Source: an uncultured delta proteobacterium (GTDB lineage: Bacteria; Desulfobacterota; Binatia; UBA9968). Taken from it: DNA of 64,000 bases. Under the pieces are notes generated by a model. The model was given only the letters and a program-made list of their open reading frames with translations. It was not told the DNA's origin and did no database searches. Positions 17,925 through 27,186 of the stretch are shown here, one piece after another; positions within the stretch are counted from its first letter, which is position 1, and each line of letters starts with the position of its first letter. Where the stretch lies: positions 1,184,001-1,248,000 of the forward strand of contig CAVUZH010000003.1 of assembly GCA_963745835.1 (NCBI GenBank), in the 5' to 3' direction. The translations under genes and the position numbers were made by a program.

Positions 17925-19229
17925 TCAGTAAGCATTGCATCGCCAGCTTTGACTCCCCCAATTATCGACGCCGCCGATCAACATGTCGCGCGCATCCAGG
18001 GTTATTTTCCCCATCGCTGGAACAACCGGCGCTCCGGGGTAAGTCAAAATCGAAAATTCCTTATACGGTCCGACCACACGCTCGGGCACGGGAAGTTCGA
18101 GCCAACGATCTCTGCTGCCACTGCTGACTACCGCATCGGCCTGCGACAGGTAGTAAAGCAACGGTGAATCGACACCGTCCTTGCCACCGAACTCGTAGGT
18201 GACCAGCACGGTTTTGATGCGGCGCTGTTCGCAAGCGCGAATGGTCAGCATCAATTCAACGAATGCATTGCCGGAACCAATCCACGCAACCAGCGCGCCG
18301 GCGGCCCCGAGGGTCGCTGCCAGCTGAGACGCGCTGTGCGCCGCCACCTCTTTCCCCAGGAAAGTGTCGAACTGAATGCGTTCGAGGATCACCCCGAGAA
18401 AATTAATCTGCTTGCCGTGCTGGCGGCACAATCCCAGTGCCAACGGATGATTTTGCCAGTCCCAAGTAATCGGGAAATGGCCAACCGCTCGAGTGGCGGT
18501 CACGGTGATCGCGCCGTCGAGTAGTTCGTTCGGGTGCACAAACGTCGCCAGTGAATCGCGAATCGGCAAGCCGTAGTAACTCACGCCCGAGTGAACGTTA
18601 TGGCTATCCGTGAGACAACCTTGAATCAACACGACCGCCGGCAAGTCCGGCCGCGTATCGTTTAGATCGAAGGCTTCGGTGCTTTCGGCGTGGGTGCCGA
18701 CGGTGAGTTCGGCAAGTCGCTGCGCCACCTTCAGCTCCGCGCCTTGAATCGCCTGATGCGCGTCGAGATCTGAGAGCCCTTGTTTAAGCCGTATCACAAG
18801 CACCAGCCCAAGCAGGGAACTAAACCGCGAAGCATCCGCGCCCGGTCCCCACATATCCAGAAGCGCGCTTCGCTGCACCGCCAGGCCGGCGCGGACTGTT
18901 CCCTCGTAGGCAGCGGTGGCTATTACTGCCATTCCAGAGAGACGATGGGTTGTGCCCTCACCGACATGCTCTACCGGGTTTAACGTACCCGGAAACACCT
19001 GAGTTTGGCAGCCCACTTTTACCCGTGGCTCGACGATATCGCGGATCCCTGTCACCCGGACTTTCTCGCCTGGATGAACCACCGCCAGGGACGCATCTTC
19101 GATGCGTCGGTCCTCCAACATTAGATCCGTCAAGGCTCGCTGATCCACTTCCACAATCCCGCGGTCATAATGAAACCTTTTTCCCAGGTTAATCTGTTTC
19201 ACAGGAAAGTCGGCGAGATCTAGCCGCAT
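17925..19229 (-). CDS. Reductase component B non-Sec subunit (GrdE/GrdI-like), paralog 3
   Basis: Colinear with paralogs 1 and 2; start set at MRLDLADF by that alignment. Confidence 0.88.
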   Translation of the reverse strand: MRLDLADFPVKQINLGKRFHYDRGIVEVDQRALTDLMLEDRRIEDASLAVVHPGEKVRVTGIRDIVEPRVKVGCQTQVFPGTLNPVEHVGEGTTHRLSGMAVIATAAYEGTVRAGLAVQRSALLDMWGPGADASRFSSLLGLVLVIRLKQGLSDLDAHQAIQGAELKVAQRLAELTVGTHAESTEAFDLNDTRPDLPAVVLIQGCLTDSHNVHSGVSYYGLPIRDSLATFVHPNELLDGAITVTATRAVGHFPITWDWQNHPLALGLCRQHGKQINFLGVILERIQFDTFLGKEVAAHSASQLAATLGAAGALVAWIGSGNAFVELMLTIRACEQRRIKTVLVTYEFGGKDGVDSPLLYYLSQADAVVSSGSRDRWLELPVPERVVGPYKEFSILTYPGAPVVPAMGKITLDARDMLIGGVDNWGSQSWRCNAY

Positions 19230-19233
19230 CGGT

Positions 19234-20238
19234 TTACCGCGAACGTTCAAAGGCACCTTCTTTCTCTAGCTTGCGGACGAGCCGATCGTCGACCAAGTCT
19301 TCGGCTTTGAGCTGGCGAATTTTCTCGTTGCTGGTTCCGAGCAAGCGGATGGCATTGCGGATGCCATCGGCGTTCGGATAAATGCGCCGCTCATAAAGCG
19401 TCCGCATGAGCTCATAGCCTTCTTCAGCATCCTGGAAGCGCGCCAAGCGCAGTCCTTTATGGAGACTGGTCATGACACTGGTCTTGTTTTCCGGCTTCTC
19501 GATGTATGCCGTAGCCTGGGTCATCGCTCGAAGCACCTTTTCAACCGTTTCCGGTGACGATTTGAGAAAGCTCCGCCGCACGAAAACGCCGGTGCTTTGA
19601 TAAGGGATCTTCAAGCTGGCAAGATCGCCGAGCACATTGAATCCCTGACGCTTCATGAGCGCTCCGAAGGTATAGCCCAAGTAAGTACCCTCGATCAGGT
19701 TGGTGGCCAGCGCCTGCGCTAGAACCGCTTCATCGCCGACGATTCTCAGGTTGATTCCGTCACGTTTGGGCTCGATGCCCCAGTGATCCAACACCAGCAT
19801 CGTAATCATCCAGATGCCGCCGCCGATGCTTTGGACGCCGATGTTGCGGCCTTTCAACTGTGCGGGAGTTTTGATCTGCGGATGAACGACGAAAGTACCG
19901 GTAAGCCGATTGACCAAGCCGGCAACGAATACACCGTCCAAGCCGCCGGCCACCGCACCAAGCGTAACGCCGGTGCCGGAACCGAAATAAAATTGAGACT
20001 CACCTGCGGCTAACGCCGAAAGCGCAACGTTCCCCGCGCGGACATATACAAGGCGCGCGTCCAGATCCTGTTTGCGGAAAAATCCCTGGTCCTCGGCGAC
20101 CAGAAGAGCGCCCGCGGTCCGTTCATTGAAACTGGCGTATGAAATCACCGTCTGCGTAGCCGCTTGGACGTATGAAGCTATAACTAGCAGCGCAATGGTG
20201 AAACTTATTCGAAGACGCATGATCAACCTCCACTTCAA
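19234..20238 (-). CDS. ABC substrate-binding protein, NMT1/TauA/SsuA-like
   Basis: Signal peptide; AEDQGFFRKQDLD and LKGRNIGV motifs. Start may be 20220. Confidence 0.82.
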   Translation of the reverse strand: MKWRLIMRLRISFTIALLVIASYVQAATQTVISYASFNERTAGALLVAEDQGFFRKQDLDARLVYVRAGNVALSALAAGESQFYFGSGTGVTLGAVAGGLDGVFVAGLVNRLTGTFVVHPQIKTPAQLKGRNIGVQSIGGGIWMITMLVLDHWGIEPKRDGINLRIVGDEAVLAQALATNLIEGTYLGYTFGALMKRQGFNVLGDLASLKIPYQSTGVFVRRSFLKSSPETVEKVLRAMTQATAYIEKPENKTSVMTSLHKGLRLARFQDAEEGYELMRTLYERRIYPNADGIRNAIRLLGTSNEKIRQLKAEDLVDDRLVRKLEKEGAFERSR

Positions 20239-20310
20239 CTACCTGCTTATACTGATCACCTCGAAGGTGTGTCAATCATCCGTTTAACGGTTCAACGTCA
20301 AAAGATGCAG

Positions 20311-20523
20311 GTTCCAACCGTTCCACTCGTTCCAACCGTTCCAATCGTCAAGAAGCCGGATCGGATTGACGGTTTTGCTTGTGAACATTTGGAACCACAG
20401 CAGATTCGTCATTGAGCGTTTGCGCTGTTGAACGGAATACCGGTGCCAGGCGAGGAAGAAAGGCTCGTATATGAGGCGCGGATAACGATTTGAACGATCG
20501 GAACCATTGGAACGTTTGGAACG
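20311..20523. repeat. Inverted pair of 9-nt tandem arrays (GTTCCAACC-like / TTGGAACGT-like) around ~145 bp
   Basis: Four units at 20311-20345 and four complementary units at 20490-20523. Confidence 0.75.
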
Positions 20524-20537
20524 ACGTGAGCACCCGC

Positions 20538-21983
20538 TCACGCCCAATAAGTGGTGCGGTCAACGGGAATATGCTGCAGAATCTCTCCCGGCACATATTC
20601 TTCGAGGCGGATTCTGGCGAGAGCCTCTTCCGGACATTTGGACACCGGCGAGAACGGCCTGTCGAGCGGGCGGGTGGCGTCGATAATCATTGCCGAGGTT
20701 AAGCGCGGGCTGTCAAGCGATGGATCGATGAGACTGGCGCGCATGATTTCGCCAATGATCGAGACTTGGCGGTGGGGCTGAACCCGTGTCGCCAGCGCCC
20801 AGAGAATTTCCGTTGGATTATAAACATCGATGTCCTCGTCGAAGACGAAGACATTCTTACACCAATCCCATGTCAAAACCGCGGCGGCGGCGCGACCGGG
20901 ATCTCCTTCGGACATTTTTTTCATTGAGATAAACACATTCAACAGAGCATGGCGGCCACTGGTACACACGGCTTGAACGTTGGGCACCGCCTCGCGGCAT
21001 CGGCGCAGATACGCGCCTTCGCGCGCCAGATCCATCCACGGCTTGTCGCCCTCCGGCGTGAGAATTGACATGTGCATCGCGTCCCGGCGGCGCGTAATCG
21101 CCCGCACTTCGTAACAAGCCGATTGCTGAAATCCCTGCATCCCCAGATAGCCGTTCACCTCGCCGAACGGACCTTCGACGATTCGCTTTCCCGGCAGCAA
21201 CGCACCTTCGATGACTATTTCGGCATCAGCGGGAACGAGTAGACGCTCGCCCCAGGTTTCCGAAGGCGTCAAGCGTAGCGGCTCCTGCAGATAGCCACCG
21301 ATAATTTCGTACTCGCTGATCTCGAACGGGCCGCCATAGCAGGCGCCCATTTGATAGCCAGGATGATGGCCGATCACGGTGGCTACCGGGCATTCTTCGT
21401 TGGCTTCTTCGTAGCCGCGGAAAATGCGCCACATATGCTGCAAGGTCATAAGGAAGCCGGCATGGTTTCGATCCTTGACTTCCATCCGATGATACGAAGC
21501 GTTGTAGACGCCGCTGTTGCGATCCCGAGCAACGCTCGACATATCGATATAAGGCCCGCCATCCATCTCGTGATGGCGCATCAACGGCAACTGGTAAAGA
21601 TCGACGTCTTCGGCGTTCTGAATGACTTCTTTAACCGGCGCCGCCCTTCTATCGACGAGAATAGGCGCGATCCTGCCTGCTTCGCGGCGCAGGATTTCGC
21701 GCGCCATTTCGGCGCGATCCATCTCCTTGGGCACACCCAACGCCACCTGGACCTTCTTCTGAGTGTTTTCGGTGCCGATGACAAGGTGGATCCCGTTCAG
21801 CTGCCCGTATGGGTTTAACGGATTATTGAAGATTAAAATAGGAAAACGCTTGATCGCTCCAAGCTGTTTTACAATCGCAGTCACATCGTAAGTAAGCGGA
21901 TTGACGGTCTTGGAAATCGTCACGACTTCGCTGGGATAAGTCCGGCGCATGTCATCTAGGAACGTGCGTAGGTTTTTCGGCAT
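20538..21983 (-). CDS. UbiD-family (prFMN-dependent) decarboxylase
   Basis: DGGPY, YNASYHR, VPADAEIVIEG, EGPFGE and DEDID...WALATR motifs. Confidence 0.92.
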   Translation of the reverse strand: MPKNLRTFLDDMRRTYPSEVVTISKTVNPLTYDVTAIVKQLGAIKRFPILIFNNPLNPYGQLNGIHLVIGTENTQKKVQVALGVPKEMDRAEMAREILRREAGRIAPILVDRRAAPVKEVIQNAEDVDLYQLPLMRHHEMDGGPYIDMSSVARDRNSGVYNASYHRMEVKDRNHAGFLMTLQHMWRIFRGYEEANEECPVATVIGHHPGYQMGACYGGPFEISEYEIIGGYLQEPLRLTPSETWGERLLVPADAEIVIEGALLPGKRIVEGPFGEVNGYLGMQGFQQSACYEVRAITRRRDAMHMSILTPEGDKPWMDLAREGAYLRRCREAVPNVQAVCTSGRHALLNVFISMKKMSEGDPGRAAAAVLTWDWCKNVFVFDEDIDVYNPTEILWALATRVQPHRQVSIIGEIMRASLIDPSLDSPRLTSAMIIDATRPLDRPFSPVSKCPEEALARIRLEEYVPGEILQHIPVDRTTYWA

Positions 21984-21985
21984 GT

Positions 21986-22013
21986 TGAATGGATAATGGA
22001 GAATTGAGAATGG
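21986..22013. repeat. 7-nt tandem repeat (AGAATGG-like x4)
   Basis: TGAATGG ATAATGG AGAATTG AGAATGG. Confidence 0.7.
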
Positions 22014-22017
22014 CTGA

Positions 22018-22225
22018 CTATTCGAAGCGCTTTGCTACCTTGGAAGTCTTTACCATAGCGGGTAGTTTGATTAGCTCTCCGCTTTCCGATCCGGTTGCCT
22101 AAAAGTGCTGCTCGTCAATGTACTCGCCTTGATGTAACAGATCCAGCCAATACAACGTTTCCTTTGCTTCCTTGAGCGCGATGCTCATCAAGTGGATAAA
22201 ATCGGCTGCTCCCGGCGTGCTCTGC
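22018..22225 (-). pseudogene. Four-helix-bundle (23S rRNA intervening-sequence protein-like) gene remnant
   Basis: Hand translation: AEHAGS/ADFIHLMSIALKEAKETLYWLDLLHQGEYIDEQHF*...ELIKL. Has a frameshift, an internal stop and no 5' half. Confidence 0.75.
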
Positions 22226-22318
22226 CTACCTTATCAACACGGCCACCCTTACCATGCAACCGACAATCTGCTTCTGAAGTTCGGAAAAAACGAGCGATTG
22301 TCAGAGACCGAACCTCTT

Positions 22319-23314
22319 CTATTGTTCCAGAACCGAAGGCGCGAACATCTCCTCGATCTTCACCAGGCGCGGGGTCAGCCCCTGCTCGAACGAATACTGC
22401 GCCGTGGTCTCCAGCACCTTGCGATTGGCCGCGATACCGTGGCGGATGAGTGGCGTCGCCAACGCTTTGCGCGCTTCGGGCGGGAGTAAACCCGTTTCAA
22501 GGTGATAAGCGACCGCCTCCATGCGCGCCTTCTCGGCGGCCTCGTTCGCTCGCACGAATGCCTTGAAGAGATTGAGGACCGTCCATGGGTGCCTATCGAC
22601 GATCTCGCGCTTGATCACCATGCAATGGTTGATGGGGTAGATTCCCGTCTTTTGATAGAACCGTACGCCTTCGGCGTGGGGGTCGGGGAAGAGGGTCTTG
22701 AAATCAGGATGGCGATACAGATCCACCGTCGAACGGTCCACCAGATTGTCCGTGCCGGCCAGATAACGTAGTGCGCCGTCGAGCCTACCCTGCATCAGCA
22801 TTTCTCCCATGTTGGTGTCGTTCGGAATGAAATTAAGCTTCACGTCTGGCGGCGGTTTGAAACCCACCGCGGCACTTTGGCTGTGATCGTCGTTGCGCTC
22901 CATCCAGAATTCCATGTCACGTGGATGAACACCATACTCGTGCTGCAGGTAACCGCGCGTCCATAACGCCGCGGTCTGCTGATATTCAGGCACCCCCATC
23001 TTCTTGCCGACGAGGTCGGCGGGCTTTTCGATGCCCCTGTCCTTGCGCACAAGGACCCCGACATTGAACATCCGGCGCGTGGTGAAGACCGGCAGGCCGA
23101 CCCAGCGCGTATCGCCGCCCGCCACAGCCATCAGGAATGACGACATGGACATTTCCGAAACGTCGAAGTCGCCGAACCGGAGCTGTCGCCAGAACAGCTC
23201 GGAGGCGTGCAGAGGCGTGCAGATCAGAGAAATCCCGTCGGCCTTGACCTTGTCTTCAAAGATCGCCCGCGTGCGCGGATTGTTGGCCATGGCAATACTG
23301 AGTTGCAAATCCAT
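22319..23314 (-). CDS. 4,5-dihydroxyphthalate decarboxylase-like protein (SBP fold)
   Basis: FDVSEMSMSS, GVPEYQQTAALWTRG and TGIYPINH motifs. Confidence 0.82.
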   Translation of the reverse strand: MDLQLSIAMANNPRTRAIFEDKVKADGISLICTPLHASELFWRQLRFGDFDVSEMSMSSFLMAVAGGDTRWVGLPVFTTRRMFNVGVLVRKDRGIEKPADLVGKKMGVPEYQQTAALWTRGYLQHEYGVHPRDMEFWMERNDDHSQSAAVGFKPPPDVKLNFIPNDTNMGEMLMQGRLDGALRYLAGTDNLVDRSTVDLYRHPDFKTLFPDPHAEGVRFYQKTGIYPINHCMVIKREIVDRHPWTVLNLFKAFVRANEAAEKARMEAVAYHLETGLLPPEARKALATPLIRHGIAANRKVLETTAQYSFEQGLTPRLVKIEEMFAPSVLEQ

Positions 23315-23368
23315 GCTCTGCCTTTCTTGAACTATAGCCCAACAGCCGTCATGCGGCCGAAGCTGCGC

Positions 23369-24391
23369 CTACTCCCAGTTAGCGAAGGCCATGCCGCAGC
23401 CGGTGCCGGCTTCGGAGCGACAGGAGGGCACATAATCGATCAAATTCATCTCAAGGTCGGTCTCCGCCAGGATGCCGGCAACCGTGATCCAGTTTTTCGT
23501 TTCTGAGGTGCCTGATCGAAACATGTTGTCCGGCTCGGCAAATATCGTTTTTGTGTCGCGGTTCTTGATCGCGGTGAGTATTCGGGTGTCAAACTCCTCG
23601 TCGATAACGAAGTGGCTGATGCCGCCCGACGCACAGATTGCGACCCGCTTGTTCCCGTTCTCGCCATTCCAGCTCGCGATTGCGCGCCCGATCGATCTGC
23701 CAAATTCGTAGCACCGCTTCGGCGTGGGTTGATTGGGCGGGAAATAGGTATTGAGCAGGATCGGAATCACCGGCACCGGTCGGTCCTTGAGTATGCGTCG
23801 GTAGATGAAACCGACCGCATGACCTATACCGATGGGTCCCTTGGGGCCTGCCCGCTGCGTCGCCGAGATCGCCACGTCGAACTCATCCGTGATCGCGCCT
23901 TGGATAATGGCATGGGCGAGATCTTTCGGTACTGGATAGATGTGATCTTCGGCCGGGTAGTACGCCGACATCGCCACGGCGATACCCGGAGATTTCGTCT
24001 TCATCTTCTCCTGGTCAAGCGCGGTGTTGATGACCTGTTCACCGCAATAGATCGTGAATGAGGGCTGGATGTCATCGAGAAACCACTCATGCTGGTCATC
24101 GCCCACGACCACGAGAATGTCAGGATCAACATCGGCAACCTTCTCGCCGAGCCGGTCCAAGGCGCGCTGGTTGCGCTCGTGCCGGCTGCAACGGACTTCT
24201 ATCGACATTTCCCTGTGGAAGTCCTTCTCCCCCCTTCGAAGGTCGACCAACTCGGGGAAAGTATAGGCGCTGCCGCGGAACGGATGCTGCGGGTTCTTCC
24301 GGTCATCCGCAGCACGCAGATCCCATCGTTCGGGCGGTGTCGACAGCAACGGTCCGTGTGACGAGCCGAATCCATAAACGATCTTAGCCAT
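23369..24391 (-). CDS. LigB-like class III extradiol ring-cleavage dioxygenase
   Basis: SSHGPLL, VGDDQHE, GHA, SGGISHFVIDEEFD and SGTSETKNW motifs. Confidence 0.85.
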   Translation of the reverse strand: MAKIVYGFGSSHGPLLSTPPERWDLRAADDRKNPQHPFRGSAYTFPELVDLRRGEKDFHREMSIEVRCSRHERNQRALDRLGEKVADVDPDILVVVGDDQHEWFLDDIQPSFTIYCGEQVINTALDQEKMKTKSPGIAVAMSAYYPAEDHIYPVPKDLAHAIIQGAITDEFDVAISATQRAGPKGPIGIGHAVGFIYRRILKDRPVPVIPILLNTYFPPNQPTPKRCYEFGRSIGRAIASWNGENGNKRVAICASGGISHFVIDEEFDTRILTAIKNRDTKTIFAEPDNMFRSGTSETKNWITVAGILAETDLEMNLIDYVPSCRSEAGTGCGMAFANWE

Positions 24392-24403
24392 TTTTTCCTC
24401 GTT

Positions 24404-24930
24404 TCAGCCCATCAGGGCGCGGCAGCGCTCGGGCGGCAGCTCGATGCGCACCGTATCGCCTTGGGACATCGCCGTGGACGAATGCAGCTTGAGGCGCAGC
24501 ATCGTGTCCTTGATGGTGACCCGGAACTCGGTCGAATCACCCATGAAGAGCGATGTGGAAACCCGGCCCTCGATGATGTTGCCGCTCCCTGCCGACAACG
24601 GTCCCGGGACGAGGTTCAGGTCTTCGGGCCGGATCACGATCAGAACCTTGTCAGCTTTACGGAGGGATAGCGCTCCCTGAAGGCCGCTGTCATGGTGGGG
24701 AATTGCTTATCGTCCCACGTACCCAGGATGACAACCTCTTTCTCTTTGGCGGCGCCGTCCAACCATGCCTTGGGCACAGCGAGCTCCGCGTCGAGCCCTT
24801 CTAGCATCGAGGCGTTGAGCTTCAGCTCGGCAAGCGCTTTTTGAGTCGCTTTCGGGAGTTCTGCCGCTCCCGTGCCGTGGGCCAGGGTCAGGGCGAGGGC
24901 GGATACACCTAGAAAAATCCGATTGTACAT
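24404..24930 (-). pseudogene. Deletion chimera: 5' end of an ABC solute-binding gene joined to the 3' TOBE end of an ABC ATPase gene
   Basis: Signal peptide...GAAKEKEVVILG...FRERYPSVKL switches near 24652 to DKVLIVIRPEDL...FMGDSTEFRV in another frame. Confidence 0.8.
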
Positions 24931-24975
24931 GTCGTGTGTACTTCCCCTTGCACGATTGCGTTCTGGTATTCTCTT

Positions 24976-25479
24976 TTAATTAGACGTCTTCAGCACGGGA
25001 TCGCCGCCATACAGTCCCATCTCTGAGCCGCGGTTAGCCTTACCCCGCTCCAGCACCTCGGCTGCTTCCTCTCCGGTGGGGTAGCGAGCTTCAACCTCCA
25101 CCCGGTAATCGTCAGGATCGAGAAAGAACCAGTTGACAATTCCTTCCTCACGCTTATGCCCCACCGGTCCTTCGACTTTGATGCCGAGTGACTTGATATA
25201 ATCCACCGTCTCCTCCGCCTTGGCGGGATCAACGCGATAGGCCCAGTGAATGGCGTGTGGAATCTCCATTTTTGGCATCTCCGGCGGCCGCTTGATGATG
25301 GAAAGGCCGAAGTCGCCGATATACACCTTCATCAGCGGATTCTTCGATTTATCATTGCGCCAAGCCACACGCGCGCCGAGCACTTTCATGTAAAAGTCTG
25401 TGGTGCGGTCCAGATCCTCCACGTAAAACCCGCTGTGACTAATACCCGTGATGCTCTCGCGAAGTAATTTATCGTCCAT
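24976..25479 (-). CDS. VOC/glyoxalase family protein
   Basis: ISHSGFYVEDLDRTTDFY, HWAY and FLDPDDYRVE motifs. Confidence 0.88.
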   Translation of the reverse strand: MDDKLLRESITGISHSGFYVEDLDRTTDFYMKVLGARVAWRNDKSKNPLMKVYIGDFGLSIIKRPPEMPKMEIPHAIHWAYRVDPAKAEETVDYIKSLGIKVEGPVGHKREEGIVNWFFLDPDDYRVEVEARYPTGEEAAEVLERGKANRGSEMGLYGGDPVLKTSN

Positions 25480-25562
25480 GACTTTTCTCCTCCCTAAGAG
25501 CGAACAAGCCGATCCCAATACTAATTAACGATGCCCGGCGCCGATTCCACGACTGTCACGTC

Positions 25563-26828
25563 CTACTCTGCCGCCGCTTTGCCGGCCAGAACACGCCGAC
25601 AGAAGCTGGGCCCGTCCTCGTTGTCTTCGATGTAGCCCGAAGTACAAATAAAATCAGCGAATTGCGTGTTCGCTGGATCGCGGATCAGGCCCGGCGCTTC
25701 CGCACCATCCTGTATTTGCTTGATGGCCTTGAACAGCGTCTTGCGTACCGCCGCGATGACAATATCGGACGAACCGAGACGCTCCTTGGTGCGGTCTTGG
25801 ATAGGGCCCTGAGTTTCGATCGCAAAGGCATCCTGCGACGGGAAGTGCAGTCCCATGCCACCCCAGCTGTCGCCACGCTTGAGTGCCTCACGATCCTGCA
25901 GATATCGATTTTCTTGACGACGTATATGCCGATTGTCGGGTCCGACATTCTCCGCGCGATTCTTTCGCAGCTTTTCCTTATCCAAGGGCTGCGAATGCCG
26001 ATAAAAGAACTCAAATCGGCAATGCCTAAAATCGTCGATGGGAACATACCAACGTCCCTGATATCCGGCTTCGCCGGTCGACGTCGATGGCGTCGCGCCG
26101 CATGGATAAACGTAGTTGTTGACCCGCAGGTACTTGCGGTTATTTGGAGAATTGTGCAGCGCATAAATCCGCGTGCCGTAGCTCGTGTTCTCCGTGCCGA
26201 TCTCGGGCGGCTCGACGCCTCTCAGGGCGTTGACATCGTTGTCTGAGCGCGCACTGAGCGTTCCAGGGGGTCTGCGATGCAAGAAGGTCGTATGCACCGG
26301 GTCGGTGGAGCTTTCCAACCCCTGCAACCAGTTGCACATCTGTATGACGCGGAACGCCAAGCGGTTCGGTTCGGGCGCCGTCAGGAACTGGAAATCGGGA
26401 ATCAGCGGCGGCTCACCTTGGCCCAAATACGCCCAGATGGCGCCACCTTTCTCCTGCACCGGATATGCGACGTGCCGCACCGTGTCGCAGAACTTCTTGT
26501 CTTCGGGCTGCGCCGGCTGATCGAGGCACTTTCCTTGGATGTCGAAGAGCCAGCCATGATAAAGGCAGCGCAATCCACCGTCCTCGACCCGACCATAAGA
26601 GAGATCCGTGCCACGATGGGGGCAAAACTGGCCGATCAGACCGAGCCGGTCCTTGTCATCGCGGAACAATACAAGATCTTCGCTCATGATTCTGATCGGC
26701 ATCGGCTCAGCTCCGATCGGCATTTCCTCCGCGGTAGCGATGGGCTGCCAATAACTCCGCAACAATCGCCCGCACGGCGTGCCAGGGCCGGTCTGCGTGA
26801 GCAAGTCGTTTTGCACCTGCGTCAACAT
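25563..26828 (-). CDS. Rieske non-heme iron oxygenase alpha subunit (phthalate 4,5-dioxygenase/LigX-like)
   Basis: CPHRG...CLYHGW Rieske ligands; DPVHTTFLH and QD mononuclear iron site. Confidence 0.92.
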   Translation of the reverse strand: MLTQVQNDLLTQTGPGTPCGRLLRSYWQPIATAEEMPIGAEPMPIRIMSEDLVLFRDDKDRLGLIGQFCPHRGTDLSYGRVEDGGLRCLYHGWLFDIQGKCLDQPAQPEDKKFCDTVRHVAYPVQEKGGAIWAYLGQGEPPLIPDFQFLTAPEPNRLAFRVIQMCNWLQGLESSTDPVHTTFLHRRPPGTLSARSDNDVNALRGVEPPEIGTENTSYGTRIYALHNSPNNRKYLRVNNYVYPCGATPSTSTGEAGYQGRWYVPIDDFRHCRFEFFYRHSQPLDKEKLRKNRAENVGPDNRHIRRQENRYLQDREALKRGDSWGGMGLHFPSQDAFAIETQGPIQDRTKERLGSSDIVIAAVRKTLFKAIKQIQDGAEAPGLIRDPANTQFADFICTSGYIEDNEDGPSFCRRVLAGKAAAE

Positions 26829-26898
26829 ACTAAAAGGTTCCTCCTTGCTACTTTCTACCGGATTCAGCAGGTCGATAGCTCATAGCGTTCAGCTAAAA

Positions 26899-27027
26899 TC
26901 AACTCGCCACCCCTCTCTCACGAGAGCTCTTGGTGAGACAATCGCGAGCGGCGGCGACGCCATTAGGTGCGTGCGATACGCCGGCGTCGCAGAGAGCCAT
27001 CTCTATTCCGGCCAGAGCGCCCATCAG
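26899..27027 (-). pseudogene. 3' remnant of a class V (serine-glyoxylate-like) aminotransferase gene
   Basis: Hand translation LMGALAGIEMALCDAGVSHAPNGVAAARDCL...* resembles the SgaA C-terminal helix pair. Confidence 0.55.
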
Positions 27028-27186
27028 GCGGAAGACGCGAGCGTCTGCCATTCCGTCAGGGCACCGCTTTTTCTATGTCCGCAGGTGTAACCAGTAGCGT
27101 TGGTGAGTCTAGCACCAATATACCTGACCCATCCATTCGATTCACAGGCCATCGCTGCAATTTAGTTTCCTGCTTCAACTAAACTT

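Noticed and set aside
20284-20596. ORFs with periodic peptides (WNGWNEWNGWN; also LERLEQLEP at 29502-29889)
   Set aside because: These are translations of the 9-nt DNA arrays, not credible proteins.
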